64,000 nt of DNA from Bacteroidales bacterium (GCA_038329265.1 JBBQMW010000002.1:1148-65147), one strand, 5' to 3'. Positions 1 through 10,259 are shown, counted from the stretch's first letter. Notes: generated by a model from the sequence alone, not told the origin. Numbers and translations: made by a program.

Positions 1-352
1 CTTTTGTGCGTTTGCCGGTTTTACACGACAAAAAGATATTTTTTCGGTAGGGTTCCAACGCCGGTCCAAGTTTAACTTCAGCATCGCCGTATGATGGAGC
101 TACATCGAAGTGGTTTACTCCTGCATCAATGGCAAATTTTACAGAGGCAGAAGCATCTTCCGGAGTTGCATCCATAACGATTATTCCACCGAAAGCGATC
201 ACTGAAAGCATTTCGCCAGTATTACCCAAGGCTCTCTTTTCAAGCTTACCGGCGGGCGAAGATTTTCTTGTAATAAACGACAAATCGGCTGGAAAAAGGC
301 TTAATGAAGGAGCAGCCAAAACTGTTTTGCTGATAAAGTCACGACGTTTCAT
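1..352 (-). CDS. aldo/keto reductase with Tat-like N-terminus (partial, runs off window start)
   Basis: Manual translation MKRRDFISK...LEKRALGNTGEMLSVIAFGG...AIDAGVNHFDVAPSYGDAEVKLG..IFLSCKT; AKR D-x4-Y and K motifs; twin-arginine RRDF. Confidence 0.85.
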   Translation of the reverse strand, partial: MKRRDFISKTVLAAPSLSLFPADLSFITRKSSPAGKLEKRALGNTGEMLSVIAFGGIIVMDATPEDASASVKFAIDAGVNHFDVAPSYGDAEVKLGPALEPYRKNIFLSCKTGKRTK

Positions 353-510
353 AAGGAGTGTTTTAAGAAATAGGTAGTAAACTGATTGCGACAATGTTCG
401 TGCAAGTTACAATATATTGTTGAAAACCGGATATTTATTTGGTGCTTAAATATTTTACGATGTTGTTCATTGTACAGATCTATTTCCAAACCGATATTTC
501 TGATTTGCTC

Positions 511-732
511 TCAATATATATTCTCAAAATCTTTAAAAACGTTTATGGAATCTTCCTTCACCAGATCAGATTCGATTTTAAGCTTTTGCTCCAGTATCTG
601 TCTTTTCTGAATCAGGTTGTAATTTGCAAGTGCTTCGTTTATGTAGCGGTTTCGGGGTATATTAATTCGGGAAAGAATCTTTTCTGTCTCGCCGAAAATT
701 GAATCGTCAATTTTGAGTGATACTGTTTTCAT
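511..732 (-). CDS. ribbon-helix-helix/CopG-like small protein, putative antitoxin
   Basis: 73 aa MKTVSLKIDDSIF...PRNRYINEAL, RHH beta-alpha-alpha pattern, acidic tail. Confidence 0.6.
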   Translation of the reverse strand: MKTVSLKIDDSIFGETEKILSRINIPRNRYINEALANYNLIQKRQILEQKLKIESDLVKEDSINVFKDFENIY

Positions 733-750
733 TATATAGTATTAATAACA

Positions 751-758
751 CAAAAGTA
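751..758 (-). promoter_or_regulatory. Bacteroidota -7 promoter element TACTTTTG
   Basis: Matches TAnnTTTG 19 nt upstream of the ATG at 732. Confidence 0.55.
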
Positions 759-831
759 TATCTAATTTATATATCAAATAAGAGCTTATTATTCAAATTT
801 ATAGTTGTGGCAAGCGGATATCATAAATGGC

Positions 832-1305
832 TTACCGGGCAGCAATAGTGCTTTCAAAATTTGAAGCAAATTCCCAATTGTAGAGTTTTGCATTTTTCTC
901 CAATAACCGGAATCCTGTGGAAGATAAGTCGTAAACGGAAGCAAAATACTTGACCATAAGTTCTTTTGCTTTTAGATGAATGGCTTCCCGAAAGGCATCA
1001 TTCTCTTTTATGTTCGACAATTTTAAAGTCAACTGATTCATGGTGTCCAATTCTTCTTCAAGTCGGTACATTGGATAATTCCGATCTTTATCAATAACCG
1101 ACTCTGTTCCATTTAAAAGTGCAACGGCATAAGCCTCAATAAGCACATCAATTTCTTCGGACGACCGGGTATCGGGATAATACTCCTGAATGTCGGCATA
1201 TACTAATTCAGTAAATTCTTTTTTGAAGCGGTTGTAGAGTGTATCTGTTTTCTTGATTTCCTCCAGAATAAACTTTAGATTTCCGATGCTGTCAAAAGTT
1301 TTCAT
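832..1305 (-). CDS. hypothetical protein (helical, acidic)
   Basis: Open frame; ATG at 1305 (MKTFDSIG) preferred over TTG at 1332; no motif recognised. Confidence 0.6.
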   Translation of the reverse strand: MKTFDSIGNLKFILEEIKKTDTLYNRFKKEFTELVYADIQEYYPDTRSSEEIDVLIEAYAVALLNGTESVIDKDRNYPMYRLEEELDTMNQLTLKLSNIKENDAFREAIHLKAKELMVKYFASVYDLSSTGFRLLEKNAKLYNWEFASNFESTIAAR

Positions 1306-1495
1306 ATCAGATGTTTGAGTGGTTTCATGCAATTCTATAACACACGCGATGCAAAAAAGATTAAAAACATCCTCATAAATTGTCTGACTTCATTTCACGG
1401 GTTTTGTTTGGCTGCCAATAATTCTTTCAAACAATAAAAAAACGGGGTGTCCGCAATAAAAATCATCATGAAACTCAGATACCCCTATTTTGATT

Positions 1496-1503
1496 TATCT
1501 TTG
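1496..1503 (+). promoter_or_regulatory. Bacteroidota -7 promoter element TATCTTTG for argH
   Basis: TAnnTTTG 23 nt before argH ATG. Confidence 0.55.
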
Positions 1504-1526
1504 AAACTTTAAAAAACAAATACGCT

Positions 1527-2870
1527 ATGAAACTCTGGGATAAAGGAACCTCGGTCAATGAACTCATCGAAAACTTTACAGTTGGTAAAGACCGTGAAAT
1601 GGATTTGTACCTTGCTAAATTCGACGTTTTGGGCTCTATTGCACATGCTAAAATGCTGCAATCCATAAATTTACTCACAATGAGTGAGCTAGCCGAACTT
1701 CAAAACGAACTGATTGAAATTTACGGTGTGATTGAAAACGGGGATTTCATCATTGAAGACGATGTGGAAGATGTACATTCGCAGGTGGAGTTGATGCTGA
1801 CCCGTAAACTGGGTGACACTGGTAAAAAAATCCATAGCGGACGTTCGCGCAACGATCAGGTTTTGCTCGATTTAAAGCTTTTTACCCGTTCCGAAATTCA
1901 GATACTGGTTGAAGCTGTTTGCGAATTGTTTGATCGGTTTCTGGCTAAAGCCCTTACCAATCAGCAGTACCTGATGCCCGGCTACACGCATTTACAGGTT
2001 GCTATGCCATCGTCATTTGGACTTTGGTTCAGTGCATATGCCGAAAGTCTGGTCGATGATTTAGTGCTTTTAAAAGCTGCTTACCAGATTACCAACCAGA
2101 ATCCGTTGGGCTCTGCCGCAGGTTATGGTTCTTCCTTTCCGCTCGACCGCCAAATGACCACCAATTTGCTTGGTTTCGATTCGATGAATTACAATGTGAT
2201 CTATGCGCAAATGGGTCGCGGCAAGATGGAAAAAACAGTCGCTTTTGCACTTTCATCAATTGCTGCTACCATTTCTAAATTCGCTTATGATGTGTGTTTG
2301 TTTATGAGTCAGAACTTTGGTTTTGTCTCGCTTCCCGATGAACTTACAACCGGTTCGAGCATTATGCCGCACAAAAAAAATCCTGATGTGTTCGAACTCG
2401 TTCGCTCGCATTGCAATAAAATACAGGCGATTCCTTATCAGATTAGCCTCATGACCAATAACCTGCCAAGCGGTTATTTCCGCGACCTGCAAATTCTGAA
2501 AGAGGTTTTTCTTCCAGCCTTTCAGGAATTGCTCGACTGCATCAGCATTGCCGGTTTTGCCATCGATAACATGACTGTGAGTACCAATCTCCTTTCCGAC
2601 GATAAATACAAGTATGTTTTCAGCGTCGAAGATGTCAACAAACTGGTTCTTCAGGGTGTGCCTTTCCGCGATGCTTATAAACAGGTTGGCGCGCAAATTA
2701 ATGAGGGAACTTACGAGCCAACCCGGGAAGTGAACCATACTCACTCCGGAAGTGTTGGTAATTTGTGTTTGGACGAGATTGCTGAAAAGATGATTGCCGT
2801 TGTTGAAGGCTTTGAATTCGGGCAAATCGAAGCAGCCTATTCGAACTTATTGCAAACCGATCTGAAATAA
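1527..2870 (+). CDS. argH: argininosuccinate lyase
   Basis: HSGRSRNDQ, PGYTHLQVAMP, GSSIMPHKKNPD fumarate-lyase signature. Confidence 0.96.
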   Translation: MKLWDKGTSVNELIENFTVGKDREMDLYLAKFDVLGSIAHAKMLQSINLLTMSELAELQNELIEIYGVIENGDFIIEDDVEDVHSQVELMLTRKLGDTGKKIHSGRSRNDQVLLDLKLFTRSEIQILVEAVCELFDRFLAKALTNQQYLMPGYTHLQVAMPSSFGLWFSAYAESLVDDLVLLKAAYQITNQNPLGSAAGYGSSFPLDRQMTTNLLGFDSMNYNVIYAQMGRGKMEKTVAFALSSIAATISKFAYDVCLFMSQNFGFVSLPDELTTGSSIMPHKKNPDVFELVRSHCNKIQAIPYQISLMTNNLPSGYFRDLQILKEVFLPAFQELLDCISIAGFAIDNMTVSTNLLSDDKYKYVFSVEDVNKLVLQGVPFRDAYKQVGAQINEGTYEPTREVNHTHSGSVGNLCLDEIAEKMIAVVEGFEFGQIEAAYSNLLQTDLK

Positions 2871-3071
2871 TCTGCTGAATCTGTGATTAATCTGGTATGT
2901 GTCACTGCACTTCGATCTGTTAATTAATCGTTATTTTTTGAAATCAGGCCAATCAGGAATGACTGGTTTTTTGTTGTACTTAAGTGGTTGAATAACAGAA
3001 TTATATTTTGCTTTTTTAGTCAGTTTTTTTTCGGATTGAAAGTTGATGCTCGTTTCAGTTAAATTCTGAAA

Positions 3072-3102
3072 TTTGACTTTTCTATAAAAATCACTACTTT
3101 TG
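3072..3102 (+). promoter_or_regulatory. Bacteroidota sigma-70 promoter for gltBD (-33 TTTG, -7 TACTTTTG)
   Basis: TTTG 3072-3075, 19 nt spacer, TACTTTTG 3095-3102. Confidence 0.65.
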
Positions 3103-3235
3103 CTTTCAGTTCGTAAGAAAAACGATTGATTTACTTATAATTATTTAGTTTTTATGGATTGATTTGTTCAGAATGATTTATAATTGATCAATTTAAAAGC
3201 TTTTTGCGAATATCAAATATTTAAAATCAGATAGG

Positions 3236-6200
3236 ATGAGTTTAGGAATGCCAAAAGCGCAGGGGTTGTACGATCCAGCCAATGAGCACGATAATTGCGG
3301 AATCGGTTTTGTGGCGCACATCAAAGGCCAGAAATCGCATGATATTATCGACAGAGGATTAGAGGTTCTTGAAAACATGGAGCACCGTGGTGCAACCAGT
3401 GCCGACAATAAAACCGGTGACGGCGCCGGTATCTTAATGCAAATACCCGATCAATATATAAAGGAAGTGTTGAAGGTAAATATTCCTGCGTCCGGAAAGT
3501 TCGGAACTGGCTTGATTTTTCTTCCTCAGGATCAAAAAGAAGCGGCAATTTGCGTGGATATACTCTCCAAATACATTAAACAGGAAGGTCTGGAGTTGAT
3601 TGAGTACCGCGATGTGGCGGTTGATAGTTCTGCCCCGGGCGAAATTGCCAAATTGACCGAACCATTCATCAAACAGGTTTTTGTGAAGGCTGATTTGGAG
3701 CAGGAAGTGCTCGAACAGAAATTATATCTGGTCAGGAAACAGGCCGAAAAGGAAATCCGTGATTCGAAATTGAAATTTGCCAGATCGTTTTACGTTCCCA
3801 GCCTGTCGACCCGTGTAATTATTTACAAAGGAATGCTTACCTCAGGCCAGTTGCGCGAGTACTTCAAAGATCTTTCGCATCCAAAATTTACCAGCGCTAT
3901 TGCCCTGGTACATTCACGTTTCAGTACAAACACCTTCCCAACCTGGGATTTGGCTCAGCCTTTCCGCATGGTGGCGCACAATGGCGAAATCAATACGGTG
4001 AAAGGTAACCGCATGTGGATGTCGGCCCGCGAATCGCTCCTGAAATCGGAAGTATTTGGCGAAGACCTCAAAAAACTGTTCCCGGTTATCGAGCCCAATA
4101 AATCCGACTCAGCTTCATTCGACAATACACTTGAGTTTCTGCACATGACAGGCCGCTCCATGCCACACGCATTGTGTATGATGATTCCTGAATCGTTCAA
4201 TTCAAAAAATCCGATTCCTGAAAGCCTCAAGGCATTCTACGAATATCATTCAACCATCATGGAGCCTTGGGATGGCCCGGCTTCGATGGTATTTTCTGAC
4301 GGCCGTTATATTGGCGGAACACTCGACCGCAATGGACTTCGCCCTTCCCGTTATATCATCACCAAAAATGATATGATTGTGATGGGTTCCGAAGTTGGCG
4401 TGCAGGTTTTTGCTCCGGAAGATGTGAAAGAAAAAGGCCGTTTGCGCCCCGGAAAAATCCTTTTGGTTGATACCAAACTGGGAATTATTATTCCGGATAA
4501 AGAAGTAAAAGCGCAGTTAAGCACACGCAATCCATACGGAAACTGGTTGAAAGAAAACCGTTTGTTGATGGAAGATATTGAAGTCAAACAGCGTGTGACT
4601 TCATCATTAGGCGATCAGTTCCCCACTTATTCGAAAGTATTTGGCTATTCGAAAGAAGACATGGAAATGATCATCAAACCGATGGCTTTGACCGGCGACG
4701 AACCTACCAGTTCGATGGGCAACGATACACCGCTGGCTTGTTTTTCGGAAAAACCACAGCGTTTCTTCAACTATTTCCGTCAGGTTTTTGCGCAGGTAAC
4801 CAATCCGCCAATCGACTCTATTCGTGAAGGTTTGGTAATGTCGCTGACCAACTACATCGGTTCGTTGCATACCAATATTTTGGACGAATCGCCGGTACAT
4901 GCGAAACTGATTAAATTCGACGACCCGATTATTACCAATACCGACCTTGGTAAAATCAAAGATATGAAACACGAACAATTCTCACACAGCACCATTCCGA
5001 TGGTATTTCCTGTGAAAGAAGGTGTTGAAGGTTTCAAAAAAGCATTCGATAATTTGCTGATGTTGGCAGAGAAAGCTGTTGATGAGAAAAAACATTTCAT
5101 CATTCTTTCAGATCGCGAGATCTCGGCTGATTACGCGCCGATTCCATCTTTGCTGGCAGTAGCTGCAGTACATCATCACCTCATTCAGACTCAAAAGAGG
5201 ATGCAGATTGGTATCATTGTGGAAACAGCCGAAGCACGCGAAGTTTCTCATTTTGCCATGTTGTTTGGTTATGGTGCCAGCTCGGTAAATCCATACTTGG
5301 CATTTGCAGCCATCGACGATTTGGTAAGTAGCGGAGAAATTAAACTCGATTACGGCAAAGCACGCTACAATTACATCAAATCGGTCGATAAAGGATTGCT
5401 GAAAATCCTTTCGAAGATGGGGATTTCCACACTGCGCAGCTATCATGGTTGTCAGTTGTTCGAGTCATTGGGTGTCAGCGACGAAATTATTACCAAATAT
5501 TTCACCGGAACAGCCTCTAAATTTGGCGGTATCGGTTTGGAAGAAATCTGTAAGGAGACTCTTTTGTTTCACAAAGAAGCTTACAGTAAAAAGAAACACC
5601 TGAGTACAACGAATTTTGAAACTGCCGGGACTTATCATTACCGGAAATACGGCGAACATCACGCCTGGAATCCTGAAACCATTGGATTGTTGCAGTGGGC
5701 GACCCGCACCAACGATTACAGTGTATTTAAAGAATTCAGTAAAAAAGTGGATTCCGAAAATGCCTTGCCAACTTTTATCCGTGGCTGCCTGAAATACAAA
5801 CTTAATCCGATTGATATTTCGCTGGTTGAACCGGTTGAAAACATTATGAAGCGTTTTGTGACGGGAGCAATGTCATACGGTTCTATCAGTAAGGAAGCTC
5901 ACGAAGCGTTGGCTGTGGCCATGAATTCCATCGGTGGACGAAGCAATACCGGAGAAGGTGGTGAAGATTCAGAACGTTTCAAAACGAATAAACGCAGTGC
6001 CATTAAACAGGTGGCATCGGGTCGTTTTGGGGTGACCAACAATTACCTGATCAATGCCGACGAGTTGCAGATTAAAATTGCACAAGGTGCAAAACCGGGC
6101 GAAGGCGGACAGTTGCCGGGTTTCAAAATCAATAATATTATTGCCAAACTCCGGAATTCAACCCCGGGAATTACCCTGATATCGCCACCGCCTCACCACG

Positions 6201-7759
6201 ATATTTATTCGATTGAGGATTTGGCTCAGTTAATTTACGATCTGAAAGTGACCAATCCCCGTGCGAAAGTATCGGTAAAACTGGTTGCTGAAAATGGGGT
6301 AGGTACAATTGCCGCCGGTGTGGCCAAAGCTTTCTCCGACCTGATTACCATTGCAGGTTGCGAAGGTGGAACAGGTGCAAGTCCGGCGAGCTCCATCAAA
6401 TTTGCAGGTTTGCCTGTTGAATTGGGAATTGCCGAAACACAGCAAACTCTGGTGATGAATAACCTTCGTGGCCGTGTGAAACTTCAGGTTGACGGACAGT
6501 TAAAAACCGGTCGCGATGTGGTCATCCTCGGAATGCTCGGTGGTGAAGAATTTGGTTTCTCAACTTCGGCGCTGGTAACATTGGGCTGCATCATGATGAG
6601 GAAATGCCACTTGAATACTTGTCCTGCCGGAATTGCAACTCAGGACGAAACGCTTCGCAAACGCTTCATCGGACGTTCGGAATATGCCATCAATTTCTTC
6701 CGTTTTATTGCAACTGAAGTTCGTGAGCATCTGGCAGAAATAGGGGTGACTACCTTCGACGAGATTGTGGGCCGTGCCGATTTGCTCGAACAAAACCGCG
6801 AGGTTGCCAATTGGAAGATGCGCAAAATGGACTTCTCACGGGTGATTCATATGCCTGAAGAAGCCAAACAATACGATATCCGGAATACATTTCCGAACAT
6901 TAAATCGGTGGAGGAACACATGGATCACACCCTCATTCGCGATGCCAACAAGGCCATTAAGAGTAAGGAAAAAGTGTGGCTGGCACATACCATCACCAAT
7001 GTCGACCGTACTGTTGGAGCCATGTTATCCGGAGAAATCTCGCGTCGTTACGGCGAAGAAGGATTGCCAAACAACACCATCATGGCCAATTTTACCGGAA
7101 CGGCCGGACAGAGTTTTGGTGCATTCCTGGTAAAAGGGGTGAGCTTCAGGCTCGAAGGCGATTCGAATGATTACATCGGAAAAGGTCTTTCCGGAGGGCG
7201 CATTATTGTGGTGCCACCTGTTGGTTCAACATTTACTCCTGAAGAAAATATCATTGTCGGAAATACTTCGTTCTACGGTGCAACTTCCGGAGAAGCATAC
7301 ATTCGTGGTGTGGGCGGAGAGCGTTTCTGTGTGAGGAATTCAGGAGCCAAAACGGTTATTGAAGGTAGCGGCGACCACTGCTGCGAATACATGACCGGAG
7401 GCCGTGTAGTTGTTCTCGGAACGACCGGACGTAATTTTGCTGCTGGTATGAGCGGAGGTATTGCCTATGTGCTCGATCAGGAAGGAAATTTTGAATATTT
7501 CTGCAACAAAGGTTTGGTTGAACTCGGACCGGTTGAAGATAAAGCCGATATCATCGAACTTCAGGATATGATTAACAAGCATCTGTTGTACACACAGAGT
7601 ACAATGGCTGCCAAGATCTTAACCAATTGGGACGAATATCTGCCCAAATTTGTGAAGGTGATTCCATTCGAATATAAGAAAGTGCTGGAAGAATTGAAAC
7701 TTCGCGAACTGGAGAAAAAACTTCAGTTAAGCGAAGATAATCCGACAAGGCACGAATAG
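3236..7759 (+). CDS. gltB: glutamate synthase large subunit
   Basis: EHDNCGIGF Ntn start, HSRFSTNT, GAMSYGSIS, QGAKPGEGGQLPG, CIMMRKCHLNTC 3Fe-4S. Confidence 0.98.
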   Translation: MSLGMPKAQGLYDPANEHDNCGIGFVAHIKGQKSHDIIDRGLEVLENMEHRGATSADNKTGDGAGILMQIPDQYIKEVLKVNIPASGKFGTGLIFLPQDQKEAAICVDILSKYIKQEGLELIEYRDVAVDSSAPGEIAKLTEPFIKQVFVKADLEQEVLEQKLYLVRKQAEKEIRDSKLKFARSFYVPSLSTRVIIYKGMLTSGQLREYFKDLSHPKFTSAIALVHSRFSTNTFPTWDLAQPFRMVAHNGEINTVKGNRMWMSARESLLKSEVFGEDLKKLFPVIEPNKSDSASFDNTLEFLHMTGRSMPHALCMMIPESFNSKNPIPESLKAFYEYHSTIMEPWDGPASMVFSDGRYIGGTLDRNGLRPSRYIITKNDMIVMGSEVGVQVFAPEDVKEKGRLRPGKILLVDTKLGIIIPDKEVKAQLSTRNPYGNWLKENRLLMEDIEVKQRVTSSLGDQFPTYSKVFGYSKEDMEMIIKPMALTGDEPTSSMGNDTPLACFSEKPQRFFNYFRQVFAQVTNPPIDSIREGLVMSLTNYIGSLHTNILDESPVHAKLIKFDDPIITNTDLGKIKDMKHEQFSHSTIPMVFPVKEGVEGFKKAFDNLLMLAEKAVDEKKHFIILSDREISADYAPIPSLLAVAAVHHHLIQTQKRMQIGIIVETAEAREVSHFAMLFGYGASSVNPYLAFAAIDDLVSSGEIKLDYGKARYNYIKSVDKGLLKILSKMGISTLRSYHGCQLFESLGVSDEIITKYFTGTASKFGGIGLEEICKETLLFHKEAYSKKKHLSTTNFETAGTYHYRKYGEHHAWNPETIGLLQWATRTNDYSVFKEFSKKVDSENALPTFIRGCLKYKLNPIDISLVEPVENIMKRFVTGAMSYGSISKEAHEALAVAMNSIGGRSNTGEGGEDSERFKTNKRSAIKQVASGRFGVTNNYLINADELQIKIAQGAKPGEGGQLPGFKINNIIAKLRNSTPGITLISPPPHHDIYSIEDLAQLIYDLKVTNPRAKVSVKLVAENGVGTIAAGVAKAFSDLITIAGCEGGTGASPASSIKFAGLPVELGIAETQQTLVMNNLRGRVKLQVDGQLKTGRDVVILGMLGGEEFGFSTSALVTLGCIMMRKCHLNTCPAGIATQDETLRKRFIGRSEYAINFFRFIATEVREHLAEIGVTTFDEIVGRADLLEQNREVANWKMRKMDFSRVIHMPEEAKQYDIRNTFPNIKSVEEHMDHTLIRDANKAIKSKEKVWLAHTITNVDRTVGAMLSGEISRRYGEEGLPNNTIMANFTGTAGQSFGAFLVKGVSFRLEGDSNDYIGKGLSGGRIIVVPPVGSTFTPEENIIVGNTSFYGATSGEAYIRGVGGERFCVRNSGAKTVIEGSGDHCCEYMTGGRVVVLGTTGRNFAAGMSGGIAYVLDQEGNFEYFCNKGLVELGPVEDKADIIELQDMINKHLLYTQSTMAAKILTNWDEYLPKFVKVIPFEYKKVLEELKLRELEKKLQLSEDNPTRHE

Positions 7760-7763
7760 AAGA

Positions 7764-7950
7764 AAGCCCCCTTCCCGTTCCCCCAAGGGGGAAAGCTTAG
7801 GTCGCAATTTGCGAATGTTTTCGCACTGAAAGGGCAATATATCAATAGCCCGGGGCGAAACCCCGGGTTTGTAAATAGGTCATAAAAACCGTCCGCGGGA
7901 ACTGATTTTTGAAACAGATATCTTATAGCGGACGAAATAGAGTTAACGTT
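7764..7950 (+). repeat. composite palindromic intergenic element (copy 1)
   Basis: AAGCCCCCTTC..CCCCCAAGGGGGAA hairpin, GCCCGGGGCGAAACCCCGGGT hairpin, CGTCCGC..GCGGACG stem; colinear with reverse complement of 47597-47767. Confidence 0.75.
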
Positions 7951-8017
7951 ATTTTTTGAAATATATCCTGATGACAATTCAATCCGAACACTCATCAGAA
8001 AATTAAAAACAAACACC

Positions 8018-9442
8018 ATGGGAAATCCAAAAGGTTTCATGACAATAGGACGGAAAGATGCTGGTTACCGTCCGCTGAATGACAGAATTTATGATTATGG
8101 TGAAGTGGAGCAAACACTCGACGACCAGGACCGTATTGATCAGGCTGCACGCTGCATGGATTGCGGTGTTCCATTCTGTCACTGGGGCTGCCCGGTAGGA
8201 AGTAAAATACCTGAATGGCAGGATCTGGTGTATAAAGCTGACTGGAAAGGCGCTTATAATATTTTGCATTCAACAAACAGTTTTCCGGAGTTTACCGGTC
8301 GTGTTTGTCCTGCACCCTGCGAAAAAGCATGCGTGTTGGCAATTCATAACGAAGCTGTAACCATTCGCGAAAATGAAGCTTCAACCGTTGAACACGCCTT
8401 TAATCTGGGTTTTGTTCAGCCACGTATTCCTGAAGTCCGCACCGGAAAGAAGATTGCCGTTGTCGGTTCAGGTCCTGCCGGACTTTCGGCTGCCGATATC
8501 TTGAATCAGGCCGGACACGAAGTGATTGTTTTTGAAAAGAACAATGCCATTGGCGGTTTGCTTCGCTATGGTATTCCCGATTTTAAACTAAGCAAAACAA
8601 TTATCGACCGCCGTCTGGAAATATTCCTGGATGAAGGGATCAATTTCAAACCCAATGTAACCGTTGGTGTTGACATTACCCGCGATGAATTACTGGCACA
8701 ATACGATGCAGTGGTTTTGGCCAACGGAGCAGAGCAGGCCCGCGATTTACCTGTTGAAGGCCGCGATCTGAAAGGGGTTTATTATGCCATGGAATTTCTG
8801 ATGCAGTCGAATAAACGTATTGCCGGAGAGATCATTCCTGAAGAAATAAGCATTTTTGCAAAAGATAAAAAAGTACTGGTCATTGGTGGTGGAGACACTG
8901 GTTCCGATTGTGTGGGTACATCCATTCGTCAGAAAGCCAGAAGTGTCATGCAGATTGAAATTCTGCCAAAACCAGCTACCGACCGTGCTGACAATAATCC
9001 GTGGCCATACTGGCCCAATACGCTCCGCACCTCAAGCTCGCACCTCGAGGGTTGTGAACGTCGCTGGAGTCTTTCTACCAAACGATTTATTGGCGAAAAC
9101 GGTGAAATCAAACAGGTTGAACTAGTTACCGTTGAGTGGAGTAAAGATGAAGCAGGACGTTGGGTGATGACCGAAAAACACGGTTCAGAAGAGATTATTG
9201 ATGTTGATTTAGTCTTGTTGTCAATGGGGTTCACTCAACCGGTTCACAACGGATTACTCGATGCTTTGGGCATTGAATACGACGGACGGGGAAACGTGAA
9301 AGTGAATGCCAAAAAGCAAACCTCAAACGAAAAAATATTTGCTTGTGGTGACATTGAAGCTGGTGCAACCCTCGTGGTTCGTGCAATCGAAGCCGGAAAA
9401 ATCGCTGCTTTGAATGTGGATGAATTCCTTTGTCCGGAATAG
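8018..9442 (+). CDS. gltD: glutamate synthase small subunit
   Basis: ARCMDCGVPFCHWGCP, GRVCPAPCE, GSGPAG, GGGDTGSDC; follows gltB. Confidence 0.97.
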   Translation: MGNPKGFMTIGRKDAGYRPLNDRIYDYGEVEQTLDDQDRIDQAARCMDCGVPFCHWGCPVGSKIPEWQDLVYKADWKGAYNILHSTNSFPEFTGRVCPAPCEKACVLAIHNEAVTIRENEASTVEHAFNLGFVQPRIPEVRTGKKIAVVGSGPAGLSAADILNQAGHEVIVFEKNNAIGGLLRYGIPDFKLSKTIIDRRLEIFLDEGINFKPNVTVGVDITRDELLAQYDAVVLANGAEQARDLPVEGRDLKGVYYAMEFLMQSNKRIAGEIIPEEISIFAKDKKVLVIGGGDTGSDCVGTSIRQKARSVMQIEILPKPATDRADNNPWPYWPNTLRTSSSHLEGCERRWSLSTKRFIGENGEIKQVELVTVEWSKDEAGRWVMTEKHGSEEIIDVDLVLLSMGFTQPVHNGLLDALGIEYDGRGNVKVNAKKQTSNEKIFACGDIEAGATLVVRAIEAGKIAALNVDEFLCPE

Positions 9443-9467
9443 AAACCAAACAGTAATCTATATTACA

Positions 9468-9505
9468 AAGGCCGTCTCCATTGGTTTGGGAACGGCTTTT
9501 TTTTT
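9468..9505 (+). terminator. rho-independent terminator after gltD
   Basis: GGCCGTCTCCA..TGGGAACGGCT stem followed by long T run, between convergent genes. Confidence 0.75.
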
Positions 9506-9518
9506 GGATATTTCAGGA

Positions 9519-10259
9519 TTAAAGCGATTCCATCAGATCATCGGTCATCTCCAGGTTGTGGTAAACGGCCTGTATATCGTCGTCTTCTTCAAATACATCA
9601 ATGAGCCGCATAACTTTTCGTGCATTTTCAAGATCGAGTACCGCGGTATCTTTAGGTATTCGTTGCAACTGTGCACTTTCCGGTTCGATTTTCATTGATT
9701 CCAGGTTTTTCATCATCGTTCCAAAGTCTTCCATCGCCGTTGTAATGGTAAAATAGCCTTCTTCCAATTGTATGTCTTCAGCACCGGCCTCAATCATTTT
9801 TAGTTCAAAATCATCGGCATCGAGCGTGCCTTGCGGAATACTAAAAATGCCTTTGCGTTCGAAGATAAAGCTCAATGATCCATTGGTTCCCAGGCTGCCG
9901 TTGTGCTTGTTGAAATAACTCCGCACATTCGAAATGGTCCGTAGCTGATTATCGGTCGTGGCTTCGAGGAAAATAGCCACACCGCCTTGGGCATGACCTT
10001 CGAAGGTGCATTCGGTAAACGAGGCCGAATCTTTATCAGCTCCTTTACTGATGGCCCGCTGAATATTGTCCTTGGGCATACTCACGCCTTTGGCATTCGA
10101 TATGGCAACACGGAGGCGTGGATTACCTTCAGGATCTGGACCGCCTTCTTTGACGGCAACCGTAATTTCTTTTACCAGTTTCGAGAACATCTTCGATCGT
10201 TTCGAATCGAGCGCCCCTTTTTTGTGCTTAATAGTCGACCATTTACTGTGTCCCGACAT
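9519..10259 (-). CDS. yebC: YebC/PmpR family protein (MSGHSKW type)
   Basis: MSGHSKWSTIKHKK, NPRLR, SMPKDNIQRAI, EEDDDIQAVYHN; start at 10259. Confidence 0.93.
   Translation of the reverse strand: MSGHSKWSTIKHKKGALDSKRSKMFSKLVKEITVAVKEGGPDPEGNPRLRVAISNAKGVSMPKDNIQRAISKGADKDSASFTECTFEGHAQGGVAIFLEATTDNQLRTISNVRSYFNKHNGSLGTNGSLSFIFERKGIFSIPQGTLDADDFELKMIEAGAEDIQLEEGYFTITTAMEDFGTMMKNLESMKIEPESAQLQRIPKDTAVLDLENARKVMRLIDVFEEDDDIQAVYHNLEMTDDLMESL

Noticed and set aside
1444-1485. GGGGTGTC..GATACCCC stem upstream of argH as IS end or operator
   Set aside because: Single 8-bp imperfect stem with no second copy in the window
2256-2825. Long antisense ORFs (e.g. 2256-2825, 10476-11066, 43984-44664, 55764-56384)
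   Set aside because: Shadow frames of well-conserved genes, no motifs
2871-3235. Riboswitch or leader peptide before gltB
   Set aside because: Only a weak argH terminator-like hairpin (~2947-2972) and a promoter are visible; the rest is AT-rich with no recognisable aptamer
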